From assembly GCA_002269645.1 (NCBI GenBank), contig NIVC01000037.1, positions 186,001 to 250,000 on the forward strand: 64,000 nucleotides of DNA, in the 5' to 3' direction. Made by a program: the position numbers and the translations under genes. Positions 50,528 through 63,613 of the stretch are shown here, piece after piece. The number at the start of each line of letters is the position of its first letter. The first letter of the stretch is position 1. Source of the DNA: Macrostomum lignano (taxonomy: Eukaryota). Under the pieces are notes generated by a model that saw only the letters and a program-made list of their open reading frames with translations, was not told where the DNA came from and made no database searches.

Positions 50528-50968
50528 CAAGGACGACTTAAGTAGAAGACGGGAAACCTCGTTTCTTGGAAAATTTTTGAAGTCAGGTTTTTCCGAAAAA
50601 ATAAACTACGCAGATTGGAAGTTTTCATTTTTCAGCACAAAAATTGTTATTGCTTTTGGTTGCAGGCCGATCCAGTGTTCATCTTTTGATATGTTGTTGA
50701 GTCATGTCATGACATGATTTGTGTGAACCAAACTTGGGTCAACATTATTACTGAATATAGCACAGTATAGTCTATATTCTACATAGGTTATTTATTGCCT
50801 TTCTTATTGCTTTATCGATATCCATAAATCTAAAGATGAACACTGGATCTGCCTTCTATAAAAAGCAATAACAATTTTTGTGCTGAAAAATGAAAACTTC
50901 GTTTGTGTATTTTTTCGAGAAAACCTGCCTTCAAGAGGTTTCCCGTCCTTCTACTTAAGTCGTCCTTG
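50528..50968. mobile_element. hAT-like MITE with long inverted repeats and an 8-bp target-site duplication
   Basis: Left end caaggacgacttaagtagaag(a)cgggaaacctc versus right end gaggtttcccgtccttctacttaagtcgtccttg. The inverted arms extend well inward. TSD GGCAATCT at 50520-50527 and 50969-50976. Confidence 0.9.
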
Positions 50969-51495
50969 GGCAATCTATATCTATATATAAAGTAATATAT
51001 ATATAACCAAGCAAAATGGCTAGAAGTTGGGAAAAGTTTGTTATCTGCATATACAGTAGCTGTGCACTTCCATTAATACATGCGTAATGTAATTATTTCT
51101 AGTGATGCAAATAGTCTAGCAGTTAAAAATTTACTTAGCGATAGAAACCATTGCTTTACCTCCCGACTTTCGGATTTTTAGCTTAGCTCAACCATACCAT
51201 TTCCTACACTAAAATTAATATAGTTTTGTCAGAAGTGTAATTACTAGTCTCCTCATTTAAGTATATTAAATTTAGTTATTTAATTTTCGTAAATAACGAA
51301 CTTTGAGAACGCTTTTAGTTTTTTAGCACGCAAGCAAAAATCTTTATATATAGTAGATTTTGGCCATGAACCAGCTGTCTCTATTGTTAGTTTGTGTGTG
51401 TAAATTGTAAGTTTCAAGCAAACTGAACACTCTAAATCTTTTGACTTAAAAAATTCTTTAGCTTAGATAACAACAGTGAACAAAAAAAATCTAAA

Positions 51496-54400
51496 ATGTA
51501 CAAGAAGCACGTCGATGGTCGTGAATTGGATTTGAGCATGTCAAATCTAGCCGAAGTCAGTGTCAAGGAAATTGTAAGTTGCAACGTGTGCATTGTTTTG
51601 AATAATTTTTAAAAGTTCCTGTATGCTTTTTAAATGGTTGCTAACTTCAGATAATGTGTGGACTGGCTTATCTAGGCAGACAATAATGAACCTTGTCCTT
51701 TGACTAGGCCTAATTGACTTGTCTTTGACTTGGGATAATCTAAGTACATAAATTTATTTGATAGGTTCTAAAAATCAAACTTATTTTATGTATCCTAAAT
51801 GAAATTATGTCAATGAAACACTCATTGAAATGACACTTTTAGTTTTAGCTTAATAAATAGAGAATTACTAATTAATAATTTTAGCAGTTATTTTTTGTTG
51901 AGTGACTGGACAAATAGCCTTTTTGCTTTTTGTCCAGTTAAATTGCTAACACAAGTATATATTTGTTTAGTGATGAATATTCTAGATTTTAAGACCTTTT
52001 CTTGTATCCTGATTAATATTTTGTTATATACTAGTGCAAGCAAAGTAGTTATAATGTGTATTTACTTTGGCATAATTTGGTCTTTGGTGTATAAGACATA
52101 CACTAATATAACAACATATTAATCAAGATACAAGTTAGAAGTCTTTGAAGTCCAGGAATATCCACCTTTGCTAGACTCCGGATAGTATATGGGCATTTCC
52201 GCCAATTAGGCACTATCGGAAAATTACACTTCAACAAACAGAAAATGATGAATTGTAGCTTAAGCCAGCTAATTGAAGTCAAACAAGGACTTAAACTGAA
52301 AAATACAACCACTTTTGCTCAATTTAAAGCTATTTAAAGATTGTTAATCGCAAAATTAATGTTGAATAAACCATTTTAAACTTACGTAGACGCCACTTTT
52401 TTGGATGTCCAAACACACAATTTTTAACTTCAACATTGAATAAAAGAGCGAAAAAAACATTGTTGATAGTAATTCTCTTTGTTTCATGAAAAAAACACAT
52501 TAAACTTTGTTAAAATCATTCCTTTTCGTCACAACACCTGCAAGAAATCATTGATTTTTGTCAGTTTTCTTGCTATACCAAAAATTATAAACGGTAAGTT
52601 TTTGTATCGTTTGTACTCATGTTGTACCCTCTCATTTACTCATAAGGCTTTCAATCTACACGTTTTTTAGCTTAAATGAAGGAAAACATCTTTGCGATGA
52701 TGTATCAGTATATTTTTTAGCAATAGAATTTGCTTAATACATTTTTCTAAGACATTAATTTTTTTCGATGTGACATCTTAACCACAAGATTGTACTCATG
52801 TTGTACCCAATAATTTTTTTTAGTGCTTTTCATTAGCTGAAAACGATATATTTATGGATTGCCGACATACAGAGCTTCACAAAAAGTGGTCTGCTGAACC
52901 TTAATCTGTCAAAATACCTTAAATATTAACATTTAAATGTAGTAAGCACACTACTTACACGAGATGTATTTTCATGTTGTACCCTTTATTTTTTTTTTTC
53001 TAGTTTTTTTTTCTCAAAATCAGTCTTACAAGACTATCATTAAGTATAAAAGCTGGAAAATAAAACAGTTTCACATTAATTTCTTGTTTATTTATCAATA
53101 AAAATGTAATTTACATTTTGCACTATAGTATGTAGATATTAATTTACATAGTACTAAATCAATTTTCCCCACATTTACTTGTAATATTGCTTCAGAAAAA
53201 CTTTCTCTAGATTGTGGAAGCATATGCATTGCTTGCTGCTTGCAAAGTTGCACTGGAACTTCTGAATAATTACGGTGATCGGCTAGTTACTGAAAAGTAA
53301 AATTAGAGATTTACGTTCGGTATATCACGCAGAAAAAAAACATTTTGACAAAGTTAAAAAATATCGTATGAACTTATGCGCAAAAATAACAAAATCTGAA
53401 TTAAAAAGTTGATTAAAAGCATTAAGAAACAATTAAAAAATTATTGACTGAAAGAAAGTTTATTATAAGCAAGCAATTACGCCTCAATATAAAATTTTAT
53501 TCTCCTACGGTATTAATCGTCTTCTTAGATCAGTATAACTTTTATCGGCAACTTTTATTGTTACCAGAAAATTTCTTGTGCTTCTACAAGATAAAAAAAG
53601 AAATTTAATAACAAATTCTAGTTAGATTTCCTGTTTTCAACATTTTTCTTCTTCTTTGCACACTCGGACACAATTTGTGTCCCTATTTGGCGGAAATGCC
53701 CATATATGTACGTTGGAATTTTCCGATATACAGAGGGACCTAGATTACACATTGGTGTACAACTTGGCATACAAAGGCGCCTGGCATGCCCTCTTGGCAT
53801 ACAGCTTGGCGTATAGAGATTGCCAAGACCAGCAGGTGGGACCAAAAGTTCTAAGTCCCAACAATCAATCTACATAATTAGCATACAAAAATGATTAAGT
53901 TTGCATTTGGCATTGTTTCCATGTACATTTAGCTAAATTTTGATCAGAAAAAATTTGGCTGGCCCTTTACAAAAAAAACAGAAAACTAAATAAAAAAAAC
54001 TGGGTTTAACCTTTCCAAGAAAGTAAAAGTAAAACAAAAATAGTTAAAATGAACTAATTGTCTACAGTTTAGTAAAAAGATTTTCAGGTTTAACACAGGT
54101 TGTTTGAATGTTAAAATTTTGCTAGCTTTTAATATTAGTTGTAATTTGTCATCTTTATTTTGGCATATTTTTGTATGCGATAAAAATTTCGTTGGCATAC
54201 ATTGGCATGCATGAGCTACGGAAGCAATTTTCATTCCGGCGTACAGTGGTACACAATCCTGACCTTGGCACCTTTGTAGTTTCTGTTAAATGTCAAAAAT
54301 AAAAGAAGCATCACATAAAACTGTACTATGACTCTTGAGGAAAATTACTATGATATCAAGGCTCATAGAGAATAACTGAGATGTAAAAGATTATGGGGGA

Positions 54401-57400
54401 TTTCTGAGATGTCAAGGCAAAAGCCAGAAACTATATGTAGTTTTCTCAATTTTTTATTACATTCTTTGTTGGCTTGCCACGGGGGGTGCTGATAGAAGAA
54501 GCATCATGTAAAAAAAGGGGAATAGCTAAGATGTCAAGACTTGCGAGGGGAATAGCTGAGATGTCAAGACTCATAAGGGATTGCTCAGGTAGCAAAACAG
54601 TATCACAATAAGCTGCATATTCAAACTTTTGAATTAGCACTTTTGAAGCCAAACCTAGCTTCAGCAGCACCAGCTTAGGCCATAGAGAATGCAATATAGC
54701 AAAGACAGGCTAGCACAATCAATAATGCATTTGACCTGCATGCTTTCATGCCACAAGCTCATGCTAAAACATCCAAGGCATGCTGTCCATGGCACTAACT
54801 TAGAGCACAGAGGTAGCAGAAGGCAAGGCCAGCCTTAAGGTTATGTTTCTAAAAATAGCATAGTTTAGAGAGGGTGGGTTGGTTCTATCAAGCCTTCCTA
54901 TATTCTGTGGGACAAGCCTGCAATAAATGGCAAAGAATTGGTAAAGTACCATTCAGCCAACTTAGTTTTTCTTCACAAGACTAAAAGAGTAGCCAGTATA
55001 GTATATCATTCTTGTGCAAGAAATTTTCTCAAAATGTGGGATTTGCCATTCTGTATATATTCTGTGATAATAACTCTTGGGAGAATTACTAAACTGTCAA
55101 TGCTTTAGGGTTAGGGTTAGGTTTGGGTTAGGGTTAGAAGGTTGACAGATTTTTTAAGATTTCAAAGCTTATGGAAGGAATTGCTGAGATGTCAAGGGGG
55201 AAGTTGATATGTTAAGGCTTGTGGGGGGAATTGCTGACATGTCAAGGCTTACAAGGGACTGCTGAGGTACATTGCAAAGAGATGCTACATGTAGTTTATT
55301 AAAAAACTTGTATTGCATTTTTTGGCTTCCCAATAGGGGCCACTGATTGCTAGTTTAGTACTAGTAAATAAACAAGCTATTGCATAGAAAACCTTAGATG
55401 ACAAAATAAATTAAAATAATGATTGTAAAGTTTTTGTTAACTTATCATATTGATTGATTTTTAAGCTTAGCCTAAAGCCTATCTGGTTTAATATAAGTAT
55501 AGCTATAAGTATAGTGTAGCCCTATCTAAATTAGAATCTCAGACAATATGCCAAAAGTTGATTTATCAAAATGTTATGTCCTAAGTTGATAGTCCAATAC
55601 TCATTAGTAATTGACATCTACCAGTTTAAATATTCATTCATAAAACTTTTAAACCCATTTTAATATTCAACATATTTTAAACACTTTGACTTTGTTCATT
55701 TCTGTATTTTACAATGGCTGCCTCGTGCATATTAATATGATCTACATATTAGCATATTAGCTTAGCTTAGCATATTAGCTTAGCTACTACATAGCTACTT
55801 TCAGCATATTATCCAACACTTTAGGAGGCTAGCAGAGTCTTGTTGACCATGTTGCATACGCTCGTACATAGAACCATTGATTTACAAAATAAGACTATTA
55901 TAAATGATTATCATTTTTAAATGAAAATCTTTTCTGGTGAATTGACTAGTTATGACTAATCAACTTGCTACCTTTAAATTATATTATATGCCTATAATGC
56001 CTATAGTCATTTGATTATGCACATGCTTGAGTGCAACCTAGGGATTTACCCAGCCATTTCTATTGGCAACAAACACATGTAAGTCACTATTGGATAGAAT
56101 AGTAGTCACATGACTGCTCTCTGCCAATAGCAACTTACATGTATGTGTGTTGCCAATAGAAATGACCAAGTGATTCCTAAGGTTGCACATGTATCATTAT
56201 GCATTAGAAAATAACTTAAAATAAAAAATAATATATGCCAGTCTATGCCACAGAATATACACAGAATGGTGAATCAGCGCTTAAACTAGTTATTGGAATA
56301 AAATGTTCATAGACTACTAATGATGAGGTGGCGAAAAGTAGTGCAATTAAATTGACGTAGATTAAGCTAAGCGCCCTAGGCTATATGTATTAAAAGTCAA
56401 TGTAAAGAGATAAGGATAAGCGTAAAAGACTTTTCGATTAGCTTGTGCTGCTTGCACGTGTATTTTTTGATAACATTGAATTAGAATTAACATTGAATTG
56501 TATATTCTGTGGTCTATGCTAAAAAATTCTACTTAAACTACATGCCAAAAAGCAGCATTGTGTCTTGTATCCATAGGCCTCATTTTGCAATATAAGGCCT
56601 AAAGTCTAGTCTAGACATTATGCTAACTGCATGCATGCCACGCAAAATAAAAGCAACAAGTTTTCTTTAAATATGATGCATATATGTTTAAATCTAGGCA
56701 TATGAATTGTAACTTGAATACTAAAAAATAAAAACAAAAAGTTTAGAATATATAAATTTGTTTTGTGAACACACCTTATTCTATCAATTGACCTTGGATG
56801 ATGTACCAATGCCAAAAATGTTTCAATAGATATGCACCAATACATGATAAACTTACCATACATCCATTTTGAATGTACAATAGAAAACCATAATTATAAA
56901 ATTGCTACTTTTTAACTTTTGTTTTTTATACTGACAGAAGTAGGTAATTATTCCTAATTTAAAAAAAATATTATGACTTTACTGAAGTTTGTTTATTGGA
57001 CATAATTAGACATTAGATATGAAAGATAATCACCCAAATTCCATAGGCTATAATTCCACAATTTCAGAAGGCACTCTCAAAGGTGGATACAATAGACCTC
57101 AGTTGCAACAATCTTGAGCAGCTTCCTGTAAGTGCATTGGAATCATTTTCCAAGAAACACAATTTCCCGTCTTTCTACTTGAGCAGTCCTTGGTTGTATG
57201 TTGAGTTTGTGCACAATCTTCAGTGTTGAATCCCGAACTCCATTCCTGCTCCTGCGCAGGAAGACTTTGGCGACCTGGCCGATCAGGTGATCCGCCTGGA
57301 CTTGAGCAAGAATCGCCTGACCCATCTGCCGGCTTCCTTTGGCCGGCTGCGCTCTCTGCAGCACCTCGATCTGCGCGGCAATCAGCTCCGGCTGCTGCCG

Positions 57401-58431
57401 CCCAGCTTCGCGCATCTGGACCGGCTCCGCTGGCTTGACCTGAAGGACAACGACAGCCTGGAGCCTGGGCTGGCCAGGGCCGCCGGTGACTGCCTGGACG
57501 AGCGCGGCTGTCGCAGGTGCGCAACCAATGTTGTCGCCCATATGCGCCAGGTGGCCTCCGGGCTGGAGCGGGAGCGGCAGGTGAGAACTGATTGGTCAGA
57601 TGGGCCTTTTTCCTTGACCTGGTATCCTCCCATTCTCATGCCATAGTCTCCCATTCTCATGCCATAGCCTCCCATTCTCATGCCATAGCCTACCATTCTC
57701 ATGCCATAGCCTCTTATTCTCATGCCATAGCCTACCATTCTCATGCCATAGCCTCCCATTCTCATGCCATAGACTCCCATTCTCATGCCATAGCCTCCCA
57801 TTCTCATGCCATAGACTCCCATTCTCATACTTTCTCATTCTCATACTCTTATCATAGTCTTTAGTTATCATAATACACCAGTTTAATTAATCCTGACACT
57901 AATGCCTCCAATTTCTCAATTATTTTCCCTGCCCGCTGTCTGCAGGCGCGCCTGGCCGAGGAGCGCGCCGAGGCTGCCAAGCAACAGGCGCGTGAAGCGG
58001 CCGAACGCACCGAACGTCGCGAAGCAAAAAAGCAACGCCGTCGGGAGCAGCAACAGCAGCAGCAGCAGCGGCGGCAAAACCAAGCCGATGATGGCAAAGG
58101 CCGCCATCCAGGCGATGACGGCGACGACAGCGAAGAGGACGCTGAGCAGTCCCGAGCGTCTGCCTCGGGCGGAAGTCGCGGCCGCTGCTGCTCGGGCTTC
58201 GTCCGGCTGTTGCTGACTGTCCTGGCGCTGACTCTGCTGGCGCTGGCTCTCGTCGGCCTGCCCATGGCCTGCGTTGAACTGGCTGCCCATCCCATCGGCG
58301 ACGCGCCCGAAGGCTCCGCGCGAGCCCGGCTACAGCCCGTTTGCCGGTGGCTGCTGCCTCGTCTGCCAGAATCCGCCATCGAGGCTGCTGCGGGCCTGCT
58401 GGCTCAGCTGCAGCCGTTCCGGGCTGTCTAA
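51496..58431 (+). CDS. LRRC59: Leucine-rich repeat-containing protein 59 (ER membrane LRR protein), about 314 aa
   Basis: Exons 51496-51573, 57068-57127, 57260-57580 and 57946-58431, all phase 0. VDGRELDLSMSNLAEVSVKEI, IDLSCNNLEQLP, RLDLSKNRL, RWLDLKDN, AGDCLDERGCRRCATNVVAHM, a coiled coil and a C-terminal TM helix all match the LRRC59 layout. Confidence 0.93.
52186..53706. mobile_element. Non-autonomous DNA transposon of about 1.5 kb with TA-flanked terminal inverted repeats
   Basis: tatatgggcatttccgccaattagg (52186) versus cctatttggcggaaatgcccatata (ending 53706): 24/25 inverted match. No transposase ORF seen. Confidence 0.75.
54290..55370 (-). mobile_element. Second, CpG-decayed copy of the (TAACCC)n-containing interspersed repeat
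   Basis: 54290-54600 and 55070-55370 are reverse complements of parts of 19485-20200. A ttagggttagggttagg tract lies at 55105-55137. Confidence 0.8.
56031..56188. mobile_element. Palindromic MITE of about 160 bp
   Basis: gtgcaacctagggattt..catttctattggcaac..acatgtaagt versus acttacatgt..gttgccaatagaaatg..ttcctaaggttgcac. No clear TSD. Confidence 0.75.
57628..57830. repeat. 21-bp minisatellite (cccattctcatgccatagcct)n in LRRC59 intron 3
   Basis: About 9 copies. Confidence 0.95.
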
Positions 58432-58547
58432 GCAACTTGGTAATGCGGAGATTCCAGTCAGTTTCTGTATCATGTCTGCTATGTGCACTTTGACCAGTTT
58501 TGAGATTCTGTAGAACTTCCTTTTGCGCCTAAACCAAAAGCAGAATC

Positions 58548-58995
58548 ATACATAATCCACTCACAATCGCCCATTATCCACTCTCATAATCCCCCATAAT
58601 CCACCCTCACAATCCCTCATATTCCACTCTCAACAATCACCCATAATCCACTCTCATAATCCCCCATAATCCACCCTCACAATCCCCCATATTCCACTCA
58701 CAATCCCCCATAATCCACCCTCACAATCCCCCATAATCCACCCTCACAATCCCCCATAATCCACCCTCACAATCCCCCATAATCCACCCTCACAATCCCC
58801 CATATTCCACTCTCAACAATCCCCCATAATCCACTCTCATAATCCCCCATAATCCACCCTCACAATCCCCCATAATCCACTCACAGAATCGCCAATAATC
58901 CACTCTCACAATCGTCCATAATCCACTCTCACAATCGTCCATAATCCACTCACGGAATCGCCCATAATCCACTCACAGAATCGCCCATAATCCAT
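58548..58995. repeat. 23-bp minisatellite (ataatccaccctcacaatccccc)n
   Basis: About 19 degenerate copies just 3' of the LRRC59 stop codon. Confidence 0.93.
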
Positions 58996-60944
58996 GTTAG
59001 AGATAAACAAATTACAATTTTTATGCATATGAATTTCTGGTATATTAGGTTAATTAATAGTTGGTGTTTTTGTTTTAACCGACTAAACAGTTTGATATCA
59101 AGCCTTAGCCCTTAGGTCAAAATCTCAGATTGAGTTTGCTTTTACAAGCTATAGTAAAGCTATATTGGACATGTTCTTTGTTTCTTTTAAGAATGTGGCA
59201 TTGTCAAGTTTTTGGCTAGATAAAGATTTAATTCGAATTTTGTGGCCCACTCGTGCTCACCTTTATCCGGTGGGATTTCCCTATTAGTGGAGTACTCTGT
59301 TTTGTTTCTCTTTAAGCCTAGTTTTAGACTAGATTGGCTTCAAATTTGCTTCTTTCACTAGTCGTTTGCCAAGCCCTTGATTTGCTTAATATTGTTCCCT
59401 TTTAGGCAAATCCATATCATTAATTCAAAGATTTTGTTATTAATTATTGATGAACTGCTAATGCTACACTAAATATCCTGTGTCAGTTGCCAAAAAATTA
59501 AACTTGATCAATTCATGAGGCGAAGAAACTAAGGTTTCGCACACAGTCGCTAAAACTGAAAACTTGTTTTCAATAAGATTTGAACATTTTCTGTCAATTT
59601 TTGTATCACTCTAGCGGTTAAAAATGGTACGAGGAAATATTTAGGTGCCGTCTGGTTGGCATTTCGTGTATATTTACAGCTCGTATCTGAATAAGAAATT
59701 TATGATTTTCAAAGGATTAAAAAACACTGCGAATGACAGATGACATCGATATGCGAGACAATTTACAGAGATTCTTTTAAAGTCAATATTTCAGAGAGGC
59801 ATCACAGAAACGAGTCGTGATATTTGATCCCAATGAATAACGGAAGGGAACAGCAAAAGCTCAGTCAGTCAGTCATCGTGATCGTGAAGCTCTGCAAAAA
59901 ACCTGCTAAACAGACTAGATTAGCTACGATAATCTTATTATATTAGCTCGTGATGGAAATACATCATCTGGTGTCTGTCCGCTTTAGAAGAAGTGGTGTT
60001 AATTGTATTAATTCTCAACGCGTGGATTAGGCGTTTTTTTATTTTATCCAGCTCTTAAGCCTACTATAGGCATAGCGTCTGTAAGAGACGTTTGGACTCT
60101 ATGGAGTTGGTTGTTTATCGACTTAAAGCCAGTCCCTCACTTAGTCTCTTACCCCTAACTTTCCTTTTCCCGCTGGTGCTAATGGATCAGCTTATCACTT
60201 TTTATAGCGCATTTTCGGAGTGGGGTGGTTGTTTATCGATTTTAAAGCCAGTCCCTCACTCAGTCTCTCACCCCTAACTTTTCTATCCCACGCGCAAAAA
60301 AATAAATGCTATTAACACTCAAATAATAGATTTAGTGAAACTATAATATACTGTATATAACAAGTGCTTAAATTGGATTAGACTGTAAAAAAAGAAAAAA
60401 ATCAAATGACTAAGATGTTTAAATGGTTCAGCATTTTAACAGTACAACAATATATCACAAATGAAGCTTTGAACAAGGCGCTTAGCAGTAATTATTTTTA
60501 CTGTTATTAAAAATGTTATAAATAAACCTGAAAAAAGTAAGAATTTGCACAGCTATATGTAGCTACATGTAGAGTAGCTTATTAATAAATATGCTCGTAA
60601 ATAAACTTCTAATCTATCGAGTAATGAATGCTTTTGTGACGATTAAATATCTCGAGAGGAAATGCAGATGGTGTGACTATTGACAAGATTCATCAACAAC
60701 AGTGAAAAAACAAGCGGGTTTTAAATTACCATATCGATGCCACGGTGCCACCCAATCCAAATCAGGGATAGACTACGTCACTAGGTTAGTTTAAGGTAAG
60801 AATCTAGTTTAAACGGTGGACATGCAGTTAGTACAGTAATTTTTCAGATTGTCAGGTCGCTCTGCAGAGTAAAAAGATCCTGGTTCTGCGAAAAAGCCTT
60901 AATGGATCTCTCACTACTACATCAACCCACCCGAAATATCACCA

Positions 60945-61795
60945 TGTCTCCCTCTCAGTATCACCATGCCTCCCTCTCAGTATCACCATGTCTCCCTCTC
61001 AGTATCACCATGTCTCCCTCTCAGTATCACCATGCCTCCCTCTCAGTATCACCATGTCTCCCTCTCAGTATCACCATGTCTCCCTCTCAGTATCACCATG
61101 TCTCCCTCTCAGTATCACCATGTCTCCCTCTCAGTATCACCATGTCTCCCTCTCAGTATCACCATGTCTCCCTCACAGTATCACCATGTCTCCCTCTCAG
61201 TATCACCATGTCTCCCTCTCAGTATCACCATGTCTCCCTCTCAGTATCACCATGGCTCCCTCTCAGTATCACCATGTCTCCCTCTCAGTATCACCATGTC
61301 TCCCTCTGAGTATCACCATGTCTCCCTCTCAGTATCACCATGTCTCCCTCTGAGTATCACCATGTCTCCCTCTCAGTATCACCATGTCTCCCTCTCAGTA
61401 TCACCATGTCTCCCTCTGAGTATCACCATGTCTCCCTCTCAGTATCACCATGTCTCCCTCTGAGTATCACCATGTCTCCCTCTCAGTATCACCATGTCTC
61501 CCTCTGAGTATCACCATGTCTCCCTCTGAGTATCACCATGTCTCCCTCTCAGTATCACCATGTCTCCCTCACAGTATCACCATGTCTCCCTCTCAGTATC
61601 ACCATGTCTCCATCTCAGTATCACCATGTCTCCCTCTGAGTATCACCATGTCTCCCTCTCAGTATCACCATGTCTCCCTCTCAGTATCACCATGCCTCCC
61701 TCTCAGTATCACCATGTCTCCCTCTCAGTATCACCATGTCTCCCTCTCAGTATCACCATGTCTCCCTCTCAGTATCACCATGTCTCCCTCACAGT
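60945..61795. repeat. 22-bp minisatellite (tcaccatgtctccctctcagta)n
   Basis: About 38 copies; source of the MSPSQYHH ORFs. Confidence 0.98.
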
Positions 61796-61883
61796 AAACG
61801 ACAGCAGCGGCGTACAGAAGCAGAAAAACACCTAAAAGTGCAAAAACTTGTCAAAAAACACTGTAGAACAAACAGTTTTTCTT

Positions 61884-63613
61884 CTAGGAGAAGAAGCGTA
61901 CAAAGTCTTCCGGACTGATTAGCTTTGGCGGCTTGGTCTCGGTGGCCTCGCCAGCCTGAAGATCCTGCTGCTGCTGCTGTTGCTCCTGCTGACTGTCAGC
62001 CGAGTTGCAGCTGACTACGTTGCACGGATGGCCGAGGTTCTGGCACGGGGGATCAATGCGGGTAACCTATTAGATGCGCACCTCTAAATATTTCTCGTAC
62101 ATTGTATAGATTCTCAGACAAACCTTTGCCAACTCAAATATTTGATGGCTTTTGAGTAGCTGAGTAGTATAGCTGCGGCGCCCCTAAACACAAGTAACCG
62201 CAACCCCCCCCCCCAAAATGAGCTCACCGGCCAGAACAGACAAGAGCAGCGGGGGCACAGATGCAGGCTGACCGGATAGAACTGCTGCGAGTCGCCGTAC
62301 CGTCTGAACAGGCGCCTGTACACACTCGGCCAGTTGCAGTCGTCAACTGAGGTGACCGCCGGACCAGCCGACACAGAGCGGCCTGCGGCAGCGCCTGTGC
62401 CGCCAATCCCGCCGCCGAAGCCGCCAGCGAAGTGGAACAGCACCAGCCGCTTCCACAGATGATCTTCGCTGGCCAGGTCGGCCAGGCGGCGGTCGAGTCC
62501 AGCCAGCCGCTCGATGTCGGCCGGATCTTCCAGACGGCGCAGCACCTGCCGGATGCAGTCAGCCGGCATCGAGGCGAACGGATTGGCGGCAAACGGCGAC
62601 GCGCCGGCAGCGTCGGGGTCCAGCTCGGAGTCCAGGGCTGTGGCAGCTGTGGCTGCTGATGCAACGCTCGACGAGCCGTCTGTCCCGGCCTGCTGCAGTG
62701 AGAGGGAGCGAGATGCAATTTAGCACCGCTTAGAGGAGTTTGAGCATTGATGAAGGAGTCAGGGACAGTGAGAGAGTTGAAATTCGAGTGAAAGGTGCGA
62801 GTGAAGTTAAGATAAAGTGACATTGTGGAAGAGAGTGACATTGTGGAAGAGAGTGACATTTTGGAAGAGAGTGACATTGTGGAAGAGAGTGAGTGACATT
62901 GACGAAGAGAGTGATATTGTGGACGAGAGTATTGTGAAAGAGTGACACTGAGGAAGAGAGTGAAAGTGAAAGAGAGTGACATTGAGGGAAGGGGTGCCAA
63001 TCCGGGAGTCAGAGTGGGAGCGACAAACAAAGGAGCAAAATTGGAAGTAATATGCAGTGAAACTGAGTGAGGCGAAGATAGAATAATACAGCAAAAGTGC
63101 AAATATTAAATTAGAAACGAAAATTTTAGAACCTTACCAGCAACTGCTGCATCTCCTCCAGGGCTTCTCGGTGCCGTCGCCAGAGCTCCTCGCTGCCGAT
63201 GTGCTCGTAGCGGTGCTCGTCAAGCGACCGGCGAAGGCCCTCCACGAGCTGCCTGCAAAATTCAATTGGATTTAATGTACCCACAATAGATCAATGCATA
63301 CACCTGACCCGTTGTAATTACAGATACTGCTTGTGCATTCATGCAGAATGTTTATATCCGTACTAACCCCGGCCAATATTGCTTAACTTCCAGTGCTAAG
63401 CGCGCTACATGGTCTTGCCTTACCCCTTTCAACACGACCTTATTAAAGCGAGTTGGACAGTGAATATAAATAGCGCCTCTCGTACCTGGCAACACCAATG
63501 TACATCTTGCTGGCCAGAGCCTGCTCAGCTGCCTGTTTGGCCAGCTGGACCAGCAGCAGTTGCGCCCGTCCGGACACCTGGTGTAGCCGGTTTGCGATCA
63601 GCAGAGAGACAAT
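61884..63613 (-). CDS. FBXO32: FBXO25/FBXO32 (atrogin-1/MAFbx)-like F-box protein, last four exons; 5' part lies outside the window
   Basis: Exons 63486-63613, 63138-63252, 62228-62692 and 61884-62066 have consistent phases. VSGRAQ, GSEELW..H.E, the F-box (MPADCIRQVLRRLED..SEDHLWKRLVLFHF), W..VY..L..RY, LHLCPRCSCLFW, GHPC and ISPEDFVRFF* match the atrogin-family C-terminus. FBXO25 versus FBXO32 cannot be resolved in an invertebrate. Confidence 0.88.
62815..62990. repeat. 18-bp minisatellite (gtgacattgtggaagaga)n, intronic
   Basis: About 8 degenerate copies. Confidence 0.85.

Noticed and set aside
57861-58435. Minus-strand ORFs over LRRC59 exon 4
   Set aside because: Antisense shadows of a GC-rich exon
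60902-61918. MSPSQYHH-repeat ORFs
   Set aside because: 22-bp minisatellite
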